Source: Saprospiraceae bacterium (lineage in GTDB: Bacteria > Bacteroidota > Bacteroidia > Chitinophagales > Saprospiraceae). From it: 64,000 nucleotides of DNA. The position numbers and the translations under genes are program-made. The stretch spans positions 7,875-71,874 of the forward strand of contig JBKBIC010000001.1 of NCBI GenBank assembly GCA_046299435.1, written 5' to 3'. Below the pieces are notes generated by a model, which saw only the letters and a list, made by a program, of their open reading frames with translations, was not told the DNA's origin and ran no database searches. Position 1 is the stretch's first letter; the number at the start of each line of letters is the position of its first letter. Below are positions 47,246-57,775 of the stretch, piece after piece.

Positions 47246-47454
47246 GGATGTTGCCAGTCTGATATTAGATTATCGAAAATATTTTACCGTTAAAAACGCC
47301 TCGTTTTTAGGGGTTTCTCCCTAACCTTGCCCAGAAAAACGGCGCACCCGCTCGTATGGCGACAAAGTGGCATACGGTTTGATTGAGGGCTGCCCGCCAT
47401 GTGTTATCCCTTGTCGGACACAACCATTCAAATTAAAAAACGATTACGAGCGCG

Positions 47455-49104
47455 ATGTTGAGACAGACCCAGAGTCAGAAGATGCTGCAAAAGCTTTCGC
47501 CGCAGCAGATTCAGCTGATGAAGTTGTTGCAGATACCAACGGCCACTTTGGAACAGCGCATCCAAGAAGAGCTTGAGGCAAACCCGGCGTTGGAAGAGGG
47601 CGACGAATCGGCCGACTTGATGGCTGGCATCTCCGAAATGGATATGGGCGACATGGACGCTGCGTACTATGACCGCGAGCAAAAGGCCGAGTCGGGCGAG
47701 GCATCGGACGTATCCGACGACAGTTCCGAGTCTGCTGCTTCCGAAGACATGATGGACGAAATGGAGCGCGACACTGTGGACGACTACGGAGATGAGGACA
47801 ACATGGTGCTGGGCGACGATAGTTTTGAGCTGGATGATTATCTGGTTGATTTCATCGAAGACGACCCGGCCACTTACAAACTAAAAGGCGATAGCTACAG
47901 CGGCGACGAAGAAGAAAAAACAGTGCCCATCGCCGTCGAAAACACTTTCCACGAATATTTGGAGGAACAGCTGAGCCTGCTCGACATCAAGGATGACCGC
48001 GAGCGCGCCATCGCCATCCAAGTCATCGGCTCGATTGACGACGACGGCTACCTGCGCCGCGACCCTTCGGCGATGGTGGACGACCTGCTTTTCAGCCAAA
48101 ACATCACGACCACTGAAAAGGAGGTCTTGCAGGTCGTGCAAAAAATCCAGCAATTCGACCCACCCGGCATCGGAGCCCGCGACCTGCGCGAGTGCCTGCT
48201 CATCCAGTTGCGCCAAAAACTGAACTTGGACGACGATGCGGTGCCATACGAGGACAAACTGGGCATCAAAGTCGCCATCCGCATCATTGACGAATACTTC
48301 GACGAGTTCACCAAAAAGCACTACGCCAAGCTCGCCCGTTACCTCGAACTTGATGAGGAAGACCTCAAAGTGGCTGTGGATGAGATACTTAAGCTCAATC
48401 CCAAGCCCGCTTCGGGCTTTGCCTCGCGTGGCGACCGTGCGCTCAATTACGTTGTCCCCGACTTCCTCGTGACCAACCGCGACGGCGAACTCGAACTCAC
48501 GCTCAACGCCCGCAACGCCCCCGACCTCCGCATCAACGACCAGTACCGCGACATGCTCAAAGCCTTCCACAAAAACCGGAACGGCAAACGCGCCTCGAAA
48601 AAGGAAAAGGAGGCGGTGCTTTTCATCAAGCAAAAAATTGACAGTGCCAAGTGGTTCATTGATGCCATCAAACAGCGGCAACAAACCATGATGAAAACAA
48701 TGGGGGCCATCATGAGCCACCAATACGATTACTTCCTGACCGGCGACCAGAAGAAAATCAGGCCGATGATTCTGAAAGACATCGCCGACTCCACCGACCT
48801 CGACATCTCGACGGTCAGCCGCGTCGCCAATTCAAAATATGTCCAGACGGAATTCGGCACCAAACGCCTCAAAGAGTTCTTCTCCGAAAGCCTCCAAAAC
48901 GAGGACGGCGAGGAGGTCTCTACTTTGGAGGTGAAAAAAATCCTCACCGACATCATCAGCGAGGAGAACAAACGCCGCCCGCTCAGCGACGAAAAACTGA
49001 AATCCATCCTCCTCAAAAAAGGCTACAACATCGCCCGCCGCACCGTCGCCAAATACCGCGAACAACTGAACATCCCGGTGGCACGGCTCCGCAAAGCACT
49101 GTAA
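47455..49104 (+). CDS. rpoN: RNA polymerase sigma-54 factor
   Basis: MLRQTQSQKMLQKLSPQQIQLMKLLQ (region I), an acidic region II, and the C-terminal RpoN box ARRTVAKYRE. Confidence 0.95.
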   Translation: MLRQTQSQKMLQKLSPQQIQLMKLLQIPTATLEQRIQEELEANPALEEGDESADLMAGISEMDMGDMDAAYYDREQKAESGEASDVSDDSSESAASEDMMDEMERDTVDDYGDEDNMVLGDDSFELDDYLVDFIEDDPATYKLKGDSYSGDEEEKTVPIAVENTFHEYLEEQLSLLDIKDDRERAIAIQVIGSIDDDGYLRRDPSAMVDDLLFSQNITTTEKEVLQVVQKIQQFDPPGIGARDLRECLLIQLRQKLNLDDDAVPYEDKLGIKVAIRIIDEYFDEFTKKHYAKLARYLELDEEDLKVAVDEILKLNPKPASGFASRGDRALNYVVPDFLVTNRDGELELTLNARNAPDLRINDQYRDMLKAFHKNRNGKRASKKEKEAVLFIKQKIDSAKWFIDAIKQRQQTMMKTMGAIMSHQYDYFLTGDQKKIRPMILKDIADSTDLDISTVSRVANSKYVQTEFGTKRLKEFFSESLQNEDGEEVSTLEVKKILTDIISEENKRRPLSDEKLKSILLKKGYNIARRTVAKYREQLNIPVARLRKAL

Positions 49105-49107
49105 TCA

Positions 49108-49165
49108 GAGCGATGAGTGATAAATGATGAGCGATGAATCTGACCATCCTCATTCCTCATTCCTG
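49108..49165. repeat. Degenerate member of the octamer/heptamer repeat family between convergent genes
   Basis: GAGCGATGAGTGATAAATGATGAGCGATGAAT (49108-49139), then CATCCTCATTCCTCATTCC (49145-49165). The latter overlaps the stop codon of the minus-strand gene. Confidence 0.6.
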
Positions 49166-49933
49166 CCCGACGGCCAAGTCGAGGATCATGATTTTCTGCC
49201 AGATTTTGCTGGAAAGACCCTGCGTGAGCGATTCGAGTTCGTTCACCGCCGTCAGCACGATGGGGTCGTCCATCGTCTGGGCAAAGAGCGCGGCGATTTT
49301 TGCAATCAAAGCCAGCATCTCCGAGCAGTAATCGAGGTAGCGCGAGAGCTCAAAAGTGGAGAACACCCGTTCCGGCGATGCTGCCGTCTCGCGCATGGTT
49401 GGCGGCGCGGACGAAAGCAACATGGCCGGGTCTTTGGTCAGTTGGTGCATATCCACGACGTGCGCGATGCTCCGCAGTTGGTGCAAGGCTTTCAGGGCGG
49501 CTTGTCGTTTCAACCGCATTTCGAGGCCGGTCAGGAAAAACAGGGCCAAGCCCAAGAAAATCAGTTCGTTGATGGCCGCCTCGGTGGTTTGCAGCAGCTC
49601 CGAAAATGAGCCAAGCCCGTCGGCTGAAAATTTCTGGAACAACAAACTCACCGCCCCGACGGCCACCAAGACCAGCAAGGCCACCGCCAAAAACGCCGCC
49701 ACCCGTACCGGCCAAATCGGTTCGCCGAGTCGCCGCGCCAAGCCTTCCGAACTTTCGGCCAGTTGCCGGAACTCTTGGCAAACGCGCCGCAGCCCGCTCT
49801 CCGGGAACCTATCGGAGATGCGCCCGTCCAATTTGTCAATGGTCAGCAGGATTTGCTCGGCCCGCAGTTGGCTGAAATTGCCCTTGTCGAAGGCGAAGAT
49901 TTTTTTCGGGAAAAACCAGTCGGGGAAAGTCAT
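49157..49933 (-). CDS. Hypothetical two-TM membrane protein
   Basis: Trimmed to ATG 49933 (MTFPDWFF...). Two central hydrophobic helices (WPVRVAAFLAVALLVLVAVGAVSLLF; LIFLGLALFFLTGL) are flanked by helical soluble regions. No family recognised. Confidence 0.5.
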   Translation of the reverse strand: MTFPDWFFPKKIFAFDKGNFSQLRAEQILLTIDKLDGRISDRFPESGLRRVCQEFRQLAESSEGLARRLGEPIWPVRVAAFLAVALLVLVAVGAVSLLFQKFSADGLGSFSELLQTTEAAINELIFLGLALFFLTGLEMRLKRQAALKALHQLRSIAHVVDMHQLTKDPAMLLSSAPPTMRETAASPERVFSTFELSRYLDYCSEMLALIAKIAALFAQTMDDPIVLTAVNELESLTQGLSSKIWQKIMILDLAVGQE

Positions 49934-50019
49934 CGGGAAAATGTGGCACTTTTGTCCGCCGAAAGTAAGGTTGGCTGCGGCTTTCCGCCGCCCGACTCGT
50001 CCCTTTTTCATTTTCTCCT

Positions 50020-50784
50020 TTGACCGTGCGCTTCATCCTTTCGCTGTTTTTTGTTTTCGCCGCTGCTGCCTGCGTTCCGGCGCAGCCCGGTGATTCTGCC
50101 CGCGTATTTCTCCACGTGGAACAAATGCCGTTTTTCGCGGGCTGCGAGCAACTGAAAAATTCCGACCCGGCCAAGCGTGCTTGCAGCGACCGCGCGCTGG
50201 CGACTTTCATTGCCGAAAATTTGCAGTGCCCCGATAGCCCGGTGGTCGCGTCGGGCACATTGGTCGTCAGTTTTGTGATTGACGAAAACGGGGCCACAAG
50301 CCAAGACACTGTGCTCCGCGATTTGCCCGTCAAATGCGGCCCGGAGGTTCGGACAGTTTTGCAAAAAATGCCCCGCTGGGAACCGGGCCAACACGGCGGC
50401 AAACCAGTGAAAGTGCGCCTCACCCTGCCCGTCCGGGTGGCCCGTCCGCTGGAAATCAAGCCGGACGAGACCGAAAATTATTCCATCCACTGGGGCAAAT
50501 TGCGCGGCGACAAAGTTTCCAAAAGCACCCTGCTGCAATGCCTCAACGAGCAACTGTACATCCGCGACGATTTCGGCAATGCCGTGTATGTGTCCGAGTT
50601 GGTGTTCATTTTTGAGAAAAAACGCCGCACGTCGGAGGCGCGGGTCTCCGGCAACTTGCTCGACAAAAAGATGAAAAAATTGGTGCAGAAAATTTCGGGC
50701 AGCGGCACGTTCACCATCTCGGCGACGGTGCCGCGCGAGGGGCGGTTTTTGGTGGTGGAGAAATCGTTTGAGGTGGGGGATTGA
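50020..50784 (+). CDS. Secreted or lipoprotein with a TonB C-terminal-like domain plus an unknown C-terminal domain
   Basis: Signal peptide with Cys (FVFAAAAC). VEQMPFFAGC...FIAENLQCP...GTLVVSFVIDENG...MPRWEPGQHGGKPVKVRLTLPV matches the TonB_C pattern common in Bacteroidota. The start is non-ATG (TTG 50020 or GTG 50026). Confidence 0.6.
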   Translation: MTVRFILSLFFVFAAAACVPAQPGDSARVFLHVEQMPFFAGCEQLKNSDPAKRACSDRALATFIAENLQCPDSPVVASGTLVVSFVIDENGATSQDTVLRDLPVKCGPEVRTVLQKMPRWEPGQHGGKPVKVRLTLPVRVARPLEIKPDETENYSIHWGKLRGDKVSKSTLLQCLNEQLYIRDDFGNAVYVSELVFIFEKKRRTSEARVSGNLLDKKMKKLVQKISGSGTFTISATVPREGRFLVVEKSFEVGD

Positions 50785-50868
50785 GAAATTATGCCGTCGG
50801 CTCTTTTCCCCAAACTTTACCTTCGCAACCGAGTTCCTCAACATGAATCAGATAAATCATTCATTGTC

Positions 50869-51090
50869 ATGGTCGCACAATCCGTCCCGATGAGCAACCT
50901 TCAATTGGAATTGCTCAAACTTTATGCTACCAATATCCCAGAGTCGCAGCTGCTGGACATAAAACGTATCCTTGCGGTCTATTTTGCCGAACTGATTGAC
51001 CGCGATATGTCCGCGCTTTGGCAAGAAAAAGGCTGGGACGATGCTACGATTGAAACTTGGAAACATGAGCGATTGAGAACTAAATATTAA
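50869..51090 (+). CDS. Small protein, candidate antitoxin of the downstream PIN toxin
   Basis: A helical protein of 66-73 aa (MSNLQLELLKLYATNIPESQLLDIKRILAVYFAELIDRDMSALWQEKGWDD...), ending 16 nt before the PIN gene. Either ATG 50869 or ATG 50890 is possible. Confidence 0.5.
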   Translation: MVAQSVPMSNLQLELLKLYATNIPESQLLDIKRILAVYFAELIDRDMSALWQEKGWDDATIETWKHERLRTKY

Positions 51091-51106
51091 ATCCTCCATT
51101 CATCTC

Positions 51107-51511
51107 ATGCGCGTCGTCCTCGATATCAATGTGTTGCTTGTCTCCCTTCCCATAGACAGAAAGTACCGCCCGATTTTTGATGCGCTCAAATCAGGACGCT
51201 TTAAGTTGTTGATATCCAACGAAATACTTACAGAGTACGAAGAGAAAATAGCGGAAAAAACGACCCGACCCGACATTGCTCAAAATGTCGTGAGGCTGCT
51301 GCTCAATCTGCCCAACGTGGAAAAAGTGGATGTGCATTATCGTTGGAACCTAATCACCAATGACCCAGACGACAACAAATACACCGATTGTGCTATCGCG
51401 GCCAATGCCACATTTGTCGTTTCAGATGATTCTGATTTTCGTGTTTTGAAGCGCGTACAATTTCCCAACCTTGTACTGCTCACTTCCGACGAATTTTTGG
51501 AGATGCTCTGA
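51107..51511 (+). CDS. PIN-domain (PIN_3-type) putative toxin ribonuclease
   Basis: MRVVLDINVLL (first acidic residue), ILTEYEE, DPDDNKYTDCAIAANA, and FVVSDDSDF are the acidic quartet pattern of PIN domains. Confidence 0.8.
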   Translation: MRVVLDINVLLVSLPIDRKYRPIFDALKSGRFKLLISNEILTEYEEKIAEKTTRPDIAQNVVRLLLNLPNVEKVDVHYRWNLITNDPDDNKYTDCAIAANATFVVSDDSDFRVLKRVQFPNLVLLTSDEFLEML

Positions 51512-51578
51512 AATCCAGCCCAACAACACCTCATCATCGTCTCCGAACTAGACCCTCACAACCCAGTTCTATATCAAG

Positions 51579-51615
51579 ATTCACACATTCGCCAATTCAC
51601 TCATTCACTCATTGG
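51579..51615 (+). repeat. Tandem ATTCACTC-type octamers forming the thiolase leader
   Basis: ATTCACAC ATTCGCCA ATTCACTC ATTCACTC ATTGG, ending 2 nt before ATG 51618. Confidence 0.8.
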
Positions 51616-51617
51616 AA

Positions 51618-52793
51618 ATGAAAGAAGCATATATCGTCGCGGGTTTCCGCTCGGCAGTCGGCAAAGCATCCAAAGGCGGTTTCAAAAGTTACCGCCCCGA
51701 CGACCTCGCCATTGATGTCATCAAACACTTGCTGGCCCAAACGCCCGCGCTCGACCCGAAACTCGTGGACGATGTCATCGTCGGCTGCGCCAACCCGGAG
51801 GGCGAGCAGGGCCTGCAAATCGGTCGGCAAATCAGCCTCCGTGCCCTCGGCAAAGACGTGCCGGGCATGACCGTCAACCGCTACTGCGCCTCTGGGCTGG
51901 AAACCATTTCCATCGCCGTCGCCAAAATCCGGGCGGGCATGGGCGAGTGCTACATTGCGGGCGGCACCGAGAGTATGTCGCTCATCCCGATGACCGGCTA
52001 CAAACTCGCGCCCAACTACAACGTAGCCTCCAACACGCCCGACTATGTGGTGGGCATGGGCCTGACCGCCGAGGCTGTCGCCAAAAAATGGAACATCAGC
52101 CGCGAGGAGCAGGATGCGTTTTCGGTGCGCTCGCACCAGAACGCGGCCCGCGCAATTGACGGCGGATTTTTCAAAGATGAAATCGTGCCCGTGAAAGTGA
52201 AGGAAGTCTGGGTCGAAAACGACAAACGCCGCGAGCGCGAATTTTCGGTGGACACCGATGAGGGCGTGCGCCGCGACACTTCACTCGAAGGTCTGGCAAA
52301 ACTGAAACCTGCCTTCGCACAGGGCGGTTCGGTCACGGCGGGCAATGCCTCGCAAACTTCCGACGGCGCGGCGTTCGTGCTGGTCATGTCCGAAACTTTG
52401 ATGAACGCGCTCGGCCTGAAACCCATCGCCCGCTTGGCCGCCTGCGCGGTGGCTGGCGTGGAACCCATCCACATGGGCATCGGCCCGTGCGCGGCCATCC
52501 CGAAGGCACTCAAACAAGCCGGGATGTCGCTGGGACAAATCGAGATGATTGAGTTGAACGAAGCCTTCGCTGCCCAAGCATTGGCGGTGGCAAAAGAAGC
52601 CAATCTCAACTTGGACATCCTCAACGTGAACGGCGGAGCCATCGCGCTCGGCCACCCGCTCGGCTGCACCGGGGCAAAACTTTCGGTACAACTGTTCAAC
52701 GAGATGCGCCGCCAAAACAAAAAATACGGCATGGTCACGGCCTGCGTCGGCGGCGGGCAAGGCATCGCGGGCATTTACGAACGATTGAATTGA
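51618..52793 (+). CDS. Acetyl-CoA C-acyltransferase (thiolase)
   Basis: ATG 51618 (MKEAYIVAGFRSAVGKA). Active-site NRYCASGLE, then NEAFAAQ, NVNGGAIALGHPLGCTGA, and CVGGGQG. Confidence 0.9.
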   Translation: MKEAYIVAGFRSAVGKASKGGFKSYRPDDLAIDVIKHLLAQTPALDPKLVDDVIVGCANPEGEQGLQIGRQISLRALGKDVPGMTVNRYCASGLETISIAVAKIRAGMGECYIAGGTESMSLIPMTGYKLAPNYNVASNTPDYVVGMGLTAEAVAKKWNISREEQDAFSVRSHQNAARAIDGGFFKDEIVPVKVKEVWVENDKRREREFSVDTDEGVRRDTSLEGLAKLKPAFAQGGSVTAGNASQTSDGAAFVLVMSETLMNALGLKPIARLAACAVAGVEPIHMGIGPCAAIPKALKQAGMSLGQIEMIELNEAFAAQALAVAKEANLNLDILNVNGGAIALGHPLGCTGAKLSVQLFNEMRRQNKKYGMVTACVGGGQGIAGIYERLN

Positions 52794-52816
52794 ATTCGAT
52801 TTCCCATAAAATCAGC

Positions 52817-52856
52817 GCACGGGCTGGCACTACGAAGTGACCAGCCCGTGCTGTTT
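52817..52856 (+). terminator. Rho-independent terminator after the thiolase gene
   Basis: GCACGGGCTGG (52817-52827) / CCAGCCCGTGC (52841-52851), with a 13-nt loop and then TGTTT. Confidence 0.6.
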
Positions 52857-52868
52857 CCAACGGTCACT

Positions 52869-52876
52869 TACCTTTG
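52869..52876 (+). promoter_or_regulatory. Candidate -7 box (TACCTTTG) for the OmpA-family gene
   Basis: Exact TAnnTTTG, 25 nt upstream of ATG 52902. Confidence 0.35.
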
Positions 52877-52901
52877 GCCGTTGATTCCAAAATCACACGC
52901 T

Positions 52902-54524
52902 ATGTCGTTTTTTGTAAGAACACTGTTTTTTATTTTTTGCACATTGGGTTTGTCTGCCCAAGAATTTGTGCTCGAAAAACTGCCGGAAATCGTCAACTCC
53001 CGGTACGACGAAATCACGCCTGTGCCGAGCCGCGACGGGCGAACGCTTTTTTTCACCCGCGTTGGTAGCCCCGATTTTGAGCGGACGCTCTTTCTCGATA
53101 GCGTGAATTTGGCCGACCAGCTTTCTCCTGAAATGTTCCGCGTGGAACTTGCCTCTATTTTCTCTGAGATTGGAAACGAGCCGATCGCTACGCCGGAAAG
53201 TTCGGGTTTCAACCAGGATGTGTGGATCGCAAAGGCAGACTCATTGGATTTTAAAGTCGTCGAGCACCCAAGTTTTCCGATGAACAACGCACTGCCAAAC
53301 AGCCTTGTAGCCATCACCCCCGACCCGAATGCATTTTATGTCATCAACCAGTTCGAGCCGATGGGGGTCATGAAAAAAGGTTTTTCGCTCATCCGGCGTT
53401 TGCCCGACGGCGGCTGGACTTTCCCGGAACCTGTCGAAATCAAAGACTACTACACCATCACTTCGGATGTGAGCCTGACAATGAGTTCCGACGGGCAAAT
53501 CCTGATTTTGTCCGCCGAGCGATTTGATTCAAAAGAGATGGATTTGTACGTCTGTTTTCGAGAGAGTGAAAACGTGTGGAGCGCGCCGCAGCATTTGGGC
53601 GGCACGGTCAACTCGGAACGCCGCGAGACCACCCCCTTCCTTTCGGAGGACAATACCACGCTGTTTTTCTCTTCCAATCGGGGAGGAGGCATCGCTGGAG
53701 CCAACGATATTTTCATGTCTCGCCGCTTGGACGATACTTGGAAAAATTGGTCGGCTCCCGTCCGTCTCACCGAGCCAATCAATTCACCCGGTGCCGACGA
53801 CAGCCAACCGTATTTCAATATGACGACGGGCTATCTGTATTTCACCTCGCGGCGCGACGGCAATAGTGATGTTTTTCGGGTGCAAATCGCACCGCCGCAA
53901 CCAACGGAAATTGTGCTGAAAGGCCGTATCATCAATGCCCAAACGGGCGAGTTGGTCAAGCGGGCATGGGTCAATTATGGCGCGGAAGGCAGTCCTAAAA
54001 ATGTGCTCGAAAGCGAGGACGGATACTACACCCTGAAAATCCCAAAAGGTGTCCGGTTCGAGCTTCTGCCCGAAAAACCGGGTTATACTGGTAAGAGCGC
54101 GGAGGCATTTTTCCGGCGTGATTATTATTTTTTCCAAGATTACTATGTGGTGGATTTGGAGGTGAACCCGCTTTCGGTGAACGAGAAAATCGAGTTGCGC
54201 CCCATTTTTTTCCAGCAATCGAAGGCCGTGATTTTGGAAAAATCCTTCGGAGAACTTGACCGTTTGGCGAGCATTCTTTTTGAAAACCCGACACTCGAAA
54301 TCCGGGTCGAAGGCCACACCGACAACAATGGCCGAGAACAAGACCTCGTGCGGCTCTCCGAAGAACGGGCACAATCCATCAAGGATTTCCTTGTGCAAAA
54401 AGGCGTGTCCGCGTACCGAATCTCTGTGCTTGGACATGGCTCGACCAAACCTCTGACCGATAACAGCACCGACGAACTGCGGGCGCAAAACCGCCGTGTG
54501 GAAGTGCTCATCACCAAAATCTGA
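52902..54524 (+). CDS. OmpA-family protein with TolB-like (PD40) beta-propeller repeats
   Basis: Trimmed to ATG 52902 (signal MSFFVRTLFFIFCTLGLSAQ). Repeated E.TP..S.DG..L.F.S motifs, a carboxypeptidase-regulatory-like segment, and the OmpA C-terminus (VEGHTDNNG...LSEERAQSI...NRRVEV). Confidence 0.85.
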   Translation: MSFFVRTLFFIFCTLGLSAQEFVLEKLPEIVNSRYDEITPVPSRDGRTLFFTRVGSPDFERTLFLDSVNLADQLSPEMFRVELASIFSEIGNEPIATPESSGFNQDVWIAKADSLDFKVVEHPSFPMNNALPNSLVAITPDPNAFYVINQFEPMGVMKKGFSLIRRLPDGGWTFPEPVEIKDYYTITSDVSLTMSSDGQILILSAERFDSKEMDLYVCFRESENVWSAPQHLGGTVNSERRETTPFLSEDNTTLFFSSNRGGGIAGANDIFMSRRLDDTWKNWSAPVRLTEPINSPGADDSQPYFNMTTGYLYFTSRRDGNSDVFRVQIAPPQPTEIVLKGRIINAQTGELVKRAWVNYGAEGSPKNVLESEDGYYTLKIPKGVRFELLPEKPGYTGKSAEAFFRRDYYFFQDYYVVDLEVNPLSVNEKIELRPIFFQQSKAVILEKSFGELDRLASILFENPTLEIRVEGHTDNNGREQDLVRLSEERAQSIKDFLVQKGVSAYRISVLGHGSTKPLTDNSTDELRAQNRRVEVLITKI

Positions 54525-54539
54525 AAACTAAACTTTGAT

Positions 54540-55856
54540 ATGCAGCTGTACAGTACCAACAACCCTACTCTCCGGGTGTCATTAAAAGAAGCAATTTTCA
54601 AAGGTCTCCCCGACGACAATGGCCTTTTTATGCCGACGGTGATACCTGCTTTACCGAAAGATTTCATCGAAAACCTTTCCAGATATTCTTTTCCAGACAT
54701 CTCTTTCCGGGTTGCCCAAAACTTGATTCAGGGTGCAATCCCGGACGAAGACTTGCAAAACATTATTGAAAGAGCCATTGATTTCCCGGCACCTGTTATT
54801 CGACTGGATGATCAGACCTTTGTACTGGAGTTGATTCACGGCCCTTCGCTGGCCTTCAAGGATTTCGGGGCACGTTTTATGGCGCAAACCATGTCGTACT
54901 TCAACCGCAAAGAAGACCGCGAATTGGTCATTTTGGTGGCTACTTCCGGCGACACAGGTGGGGCTGTGGCTGCTGGCTTTTACCAAACGCCCGGCATTCG
55001 GGTCGTTATTCTCTACCCTTCCGGCAAGGTCAGCCCTTTGCAGGAAAAGCAATTGACCACACTTGGCCATAACATTTCCGCAATTGAGGTCAACGGGACA
55101 TTTGATGACTGCCAAGCGTTGGTCAAAAAGGCATTTCTCGACAAAAGTATCACTTCACTAATTCGGCTTTCCAGCGCGAACAGCATCAATATTTCACGCC
55201 TTATCCCGCAGACGTTTTATTACTTCGAGGCATTCAAACAGGTTTTTCAATCCGGCGATGAGGTGGTGTTTTCTGTGCCTTCTGGCAATTTTGGGAATTT
55301 GACCGCTGGACTTTTTGCCAAAAAAATGGGTCTTCCGATAAGCCATTTTCTTGCGGCGACTAATGCCAACGATGTGGTGCCTAAGTACCTCGACAATGGT
55401 GAATTCTCCCCTCGGCCTTCTATACCTACCTTGTCAAATGCAATGGATGTAGGCAACCCATCCAACTTTGCACGAATGCTGGATTTGTATGGTTCCACGT
55501 GGAACAACATGAGAAAAGACATCTTTGGTTTCACGTTTTCAGATGCAGAAACCGAAAGGGCCATGCGCGAGATAGATGCCCGTTTCGATGGATACGAAAT
55601 TGATCCACATGGCGCGATTGGGTATTTGGCTTTTCAGGAGTACAGAACAAGTGCACCCAACGCAAAGGGTGTCATTCTCGAAACGGCTCACCCTGCCAAA
55701 TTTTTAGAAGATGTGGAACGCATTTTAGAACGCAAAATCAATATTCCTAAACGCTTGTCTGATTTGTCAGATAAGGAAAAAAAGGCTACTCAACTTGGGG
55801 TTGATTTTGACAAATTCAGGGAATGGTTGCTTTCTAGGCACATGGAAAAAATTTAA
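54540..55856 (+). CDS. thrC: Threonine synthase
   Basis: MQLYSTNNP...LKEAIFKGLPDDNGLFMP, PLP-lysine motif GPSLAFKDFG, and SGNFGNL. Confidence 0.9.
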   Translation: MQLYSTNNPTLRVSLKEAIFKGLPDDNGLFMPTVIPALPKDFIENLSRYSFPDISFRVAQNLIQGAIPDEDLQNIIERAIDFPAPVIRLDDQTFVLELIHGPSLAFKDFGARFMAQTMSYFNRKEDRELVILVATSGDTGGAVAAGFYQTPGIRVVILYPSGKVSPLQEKQLTTLGHNISAIEVNGTFDDCQALVKKAFLDKSITSLIRLSSANSINISRLIPQTFYYFEAFKQVFQSGDEVVFSVPSGNFGNLTAGLFAKKMGLPISHFLAATNANDVVPKYLDNGEFSPRPSIPTLSNAMDVGNPSNFARMLDLYGSTWNNMRKDIFGFTFSDAETERAMREIDARFDGYEIDPHGAIGYLAFQEYRTSAPNAKGVILETAHPAKFLEDVERILERKINIPKRLSDLSDKEKKATQLGVDFDKFREWLLSRHMEKI

Positions 55857-56025
55857 ATAGAGAAGATGTCGGGCACAAAACATACACCCCTAATTATCTT
55901 TGACCTTTGTTTTTTACATGAAATACGGGCAAGAATTGCCTCGAATTCCAGAGATAACCTTGCACTCCCCCGACCAATCTCATATTTGCTAATTCACCAA
56001 CCACCACTCCTTCACAACATTTGCT

Positions 56026-57690
<1,665 letters not shown>

Positions 57691-57711
57691 TTTATGCAAA
57701 AGCTCCACATG

Positions 57712-57756
57712 AAAAAAGCGGCGACCTCGATCATCGAGGCCGCCGCTTTCTTTTTT
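57712..57756. terminator. Bidirectional terminator between pckA and rlmD
   Basis: An A-run, then GCGGCGACCTCGA / TCGAGGCCGCCGC (57718-57746, one mismatch), then a T-run. Confidence 0.75.
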
Positions 57757-57775
57757 GCCGGACTGACTTTTGCGT

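Noticed and set aside
47368-47383. Sigma-54-like element TGGCAT-N5-TTGAT upstream of rpoN.
   Set aside because: The conserved -12 GC is replaced by GA and the -24 element is also imperfect. It is a single weak hit and rpoN autoregulation is not expected. Other TGGCAC words (for example near 42140) have the wrong spacing.
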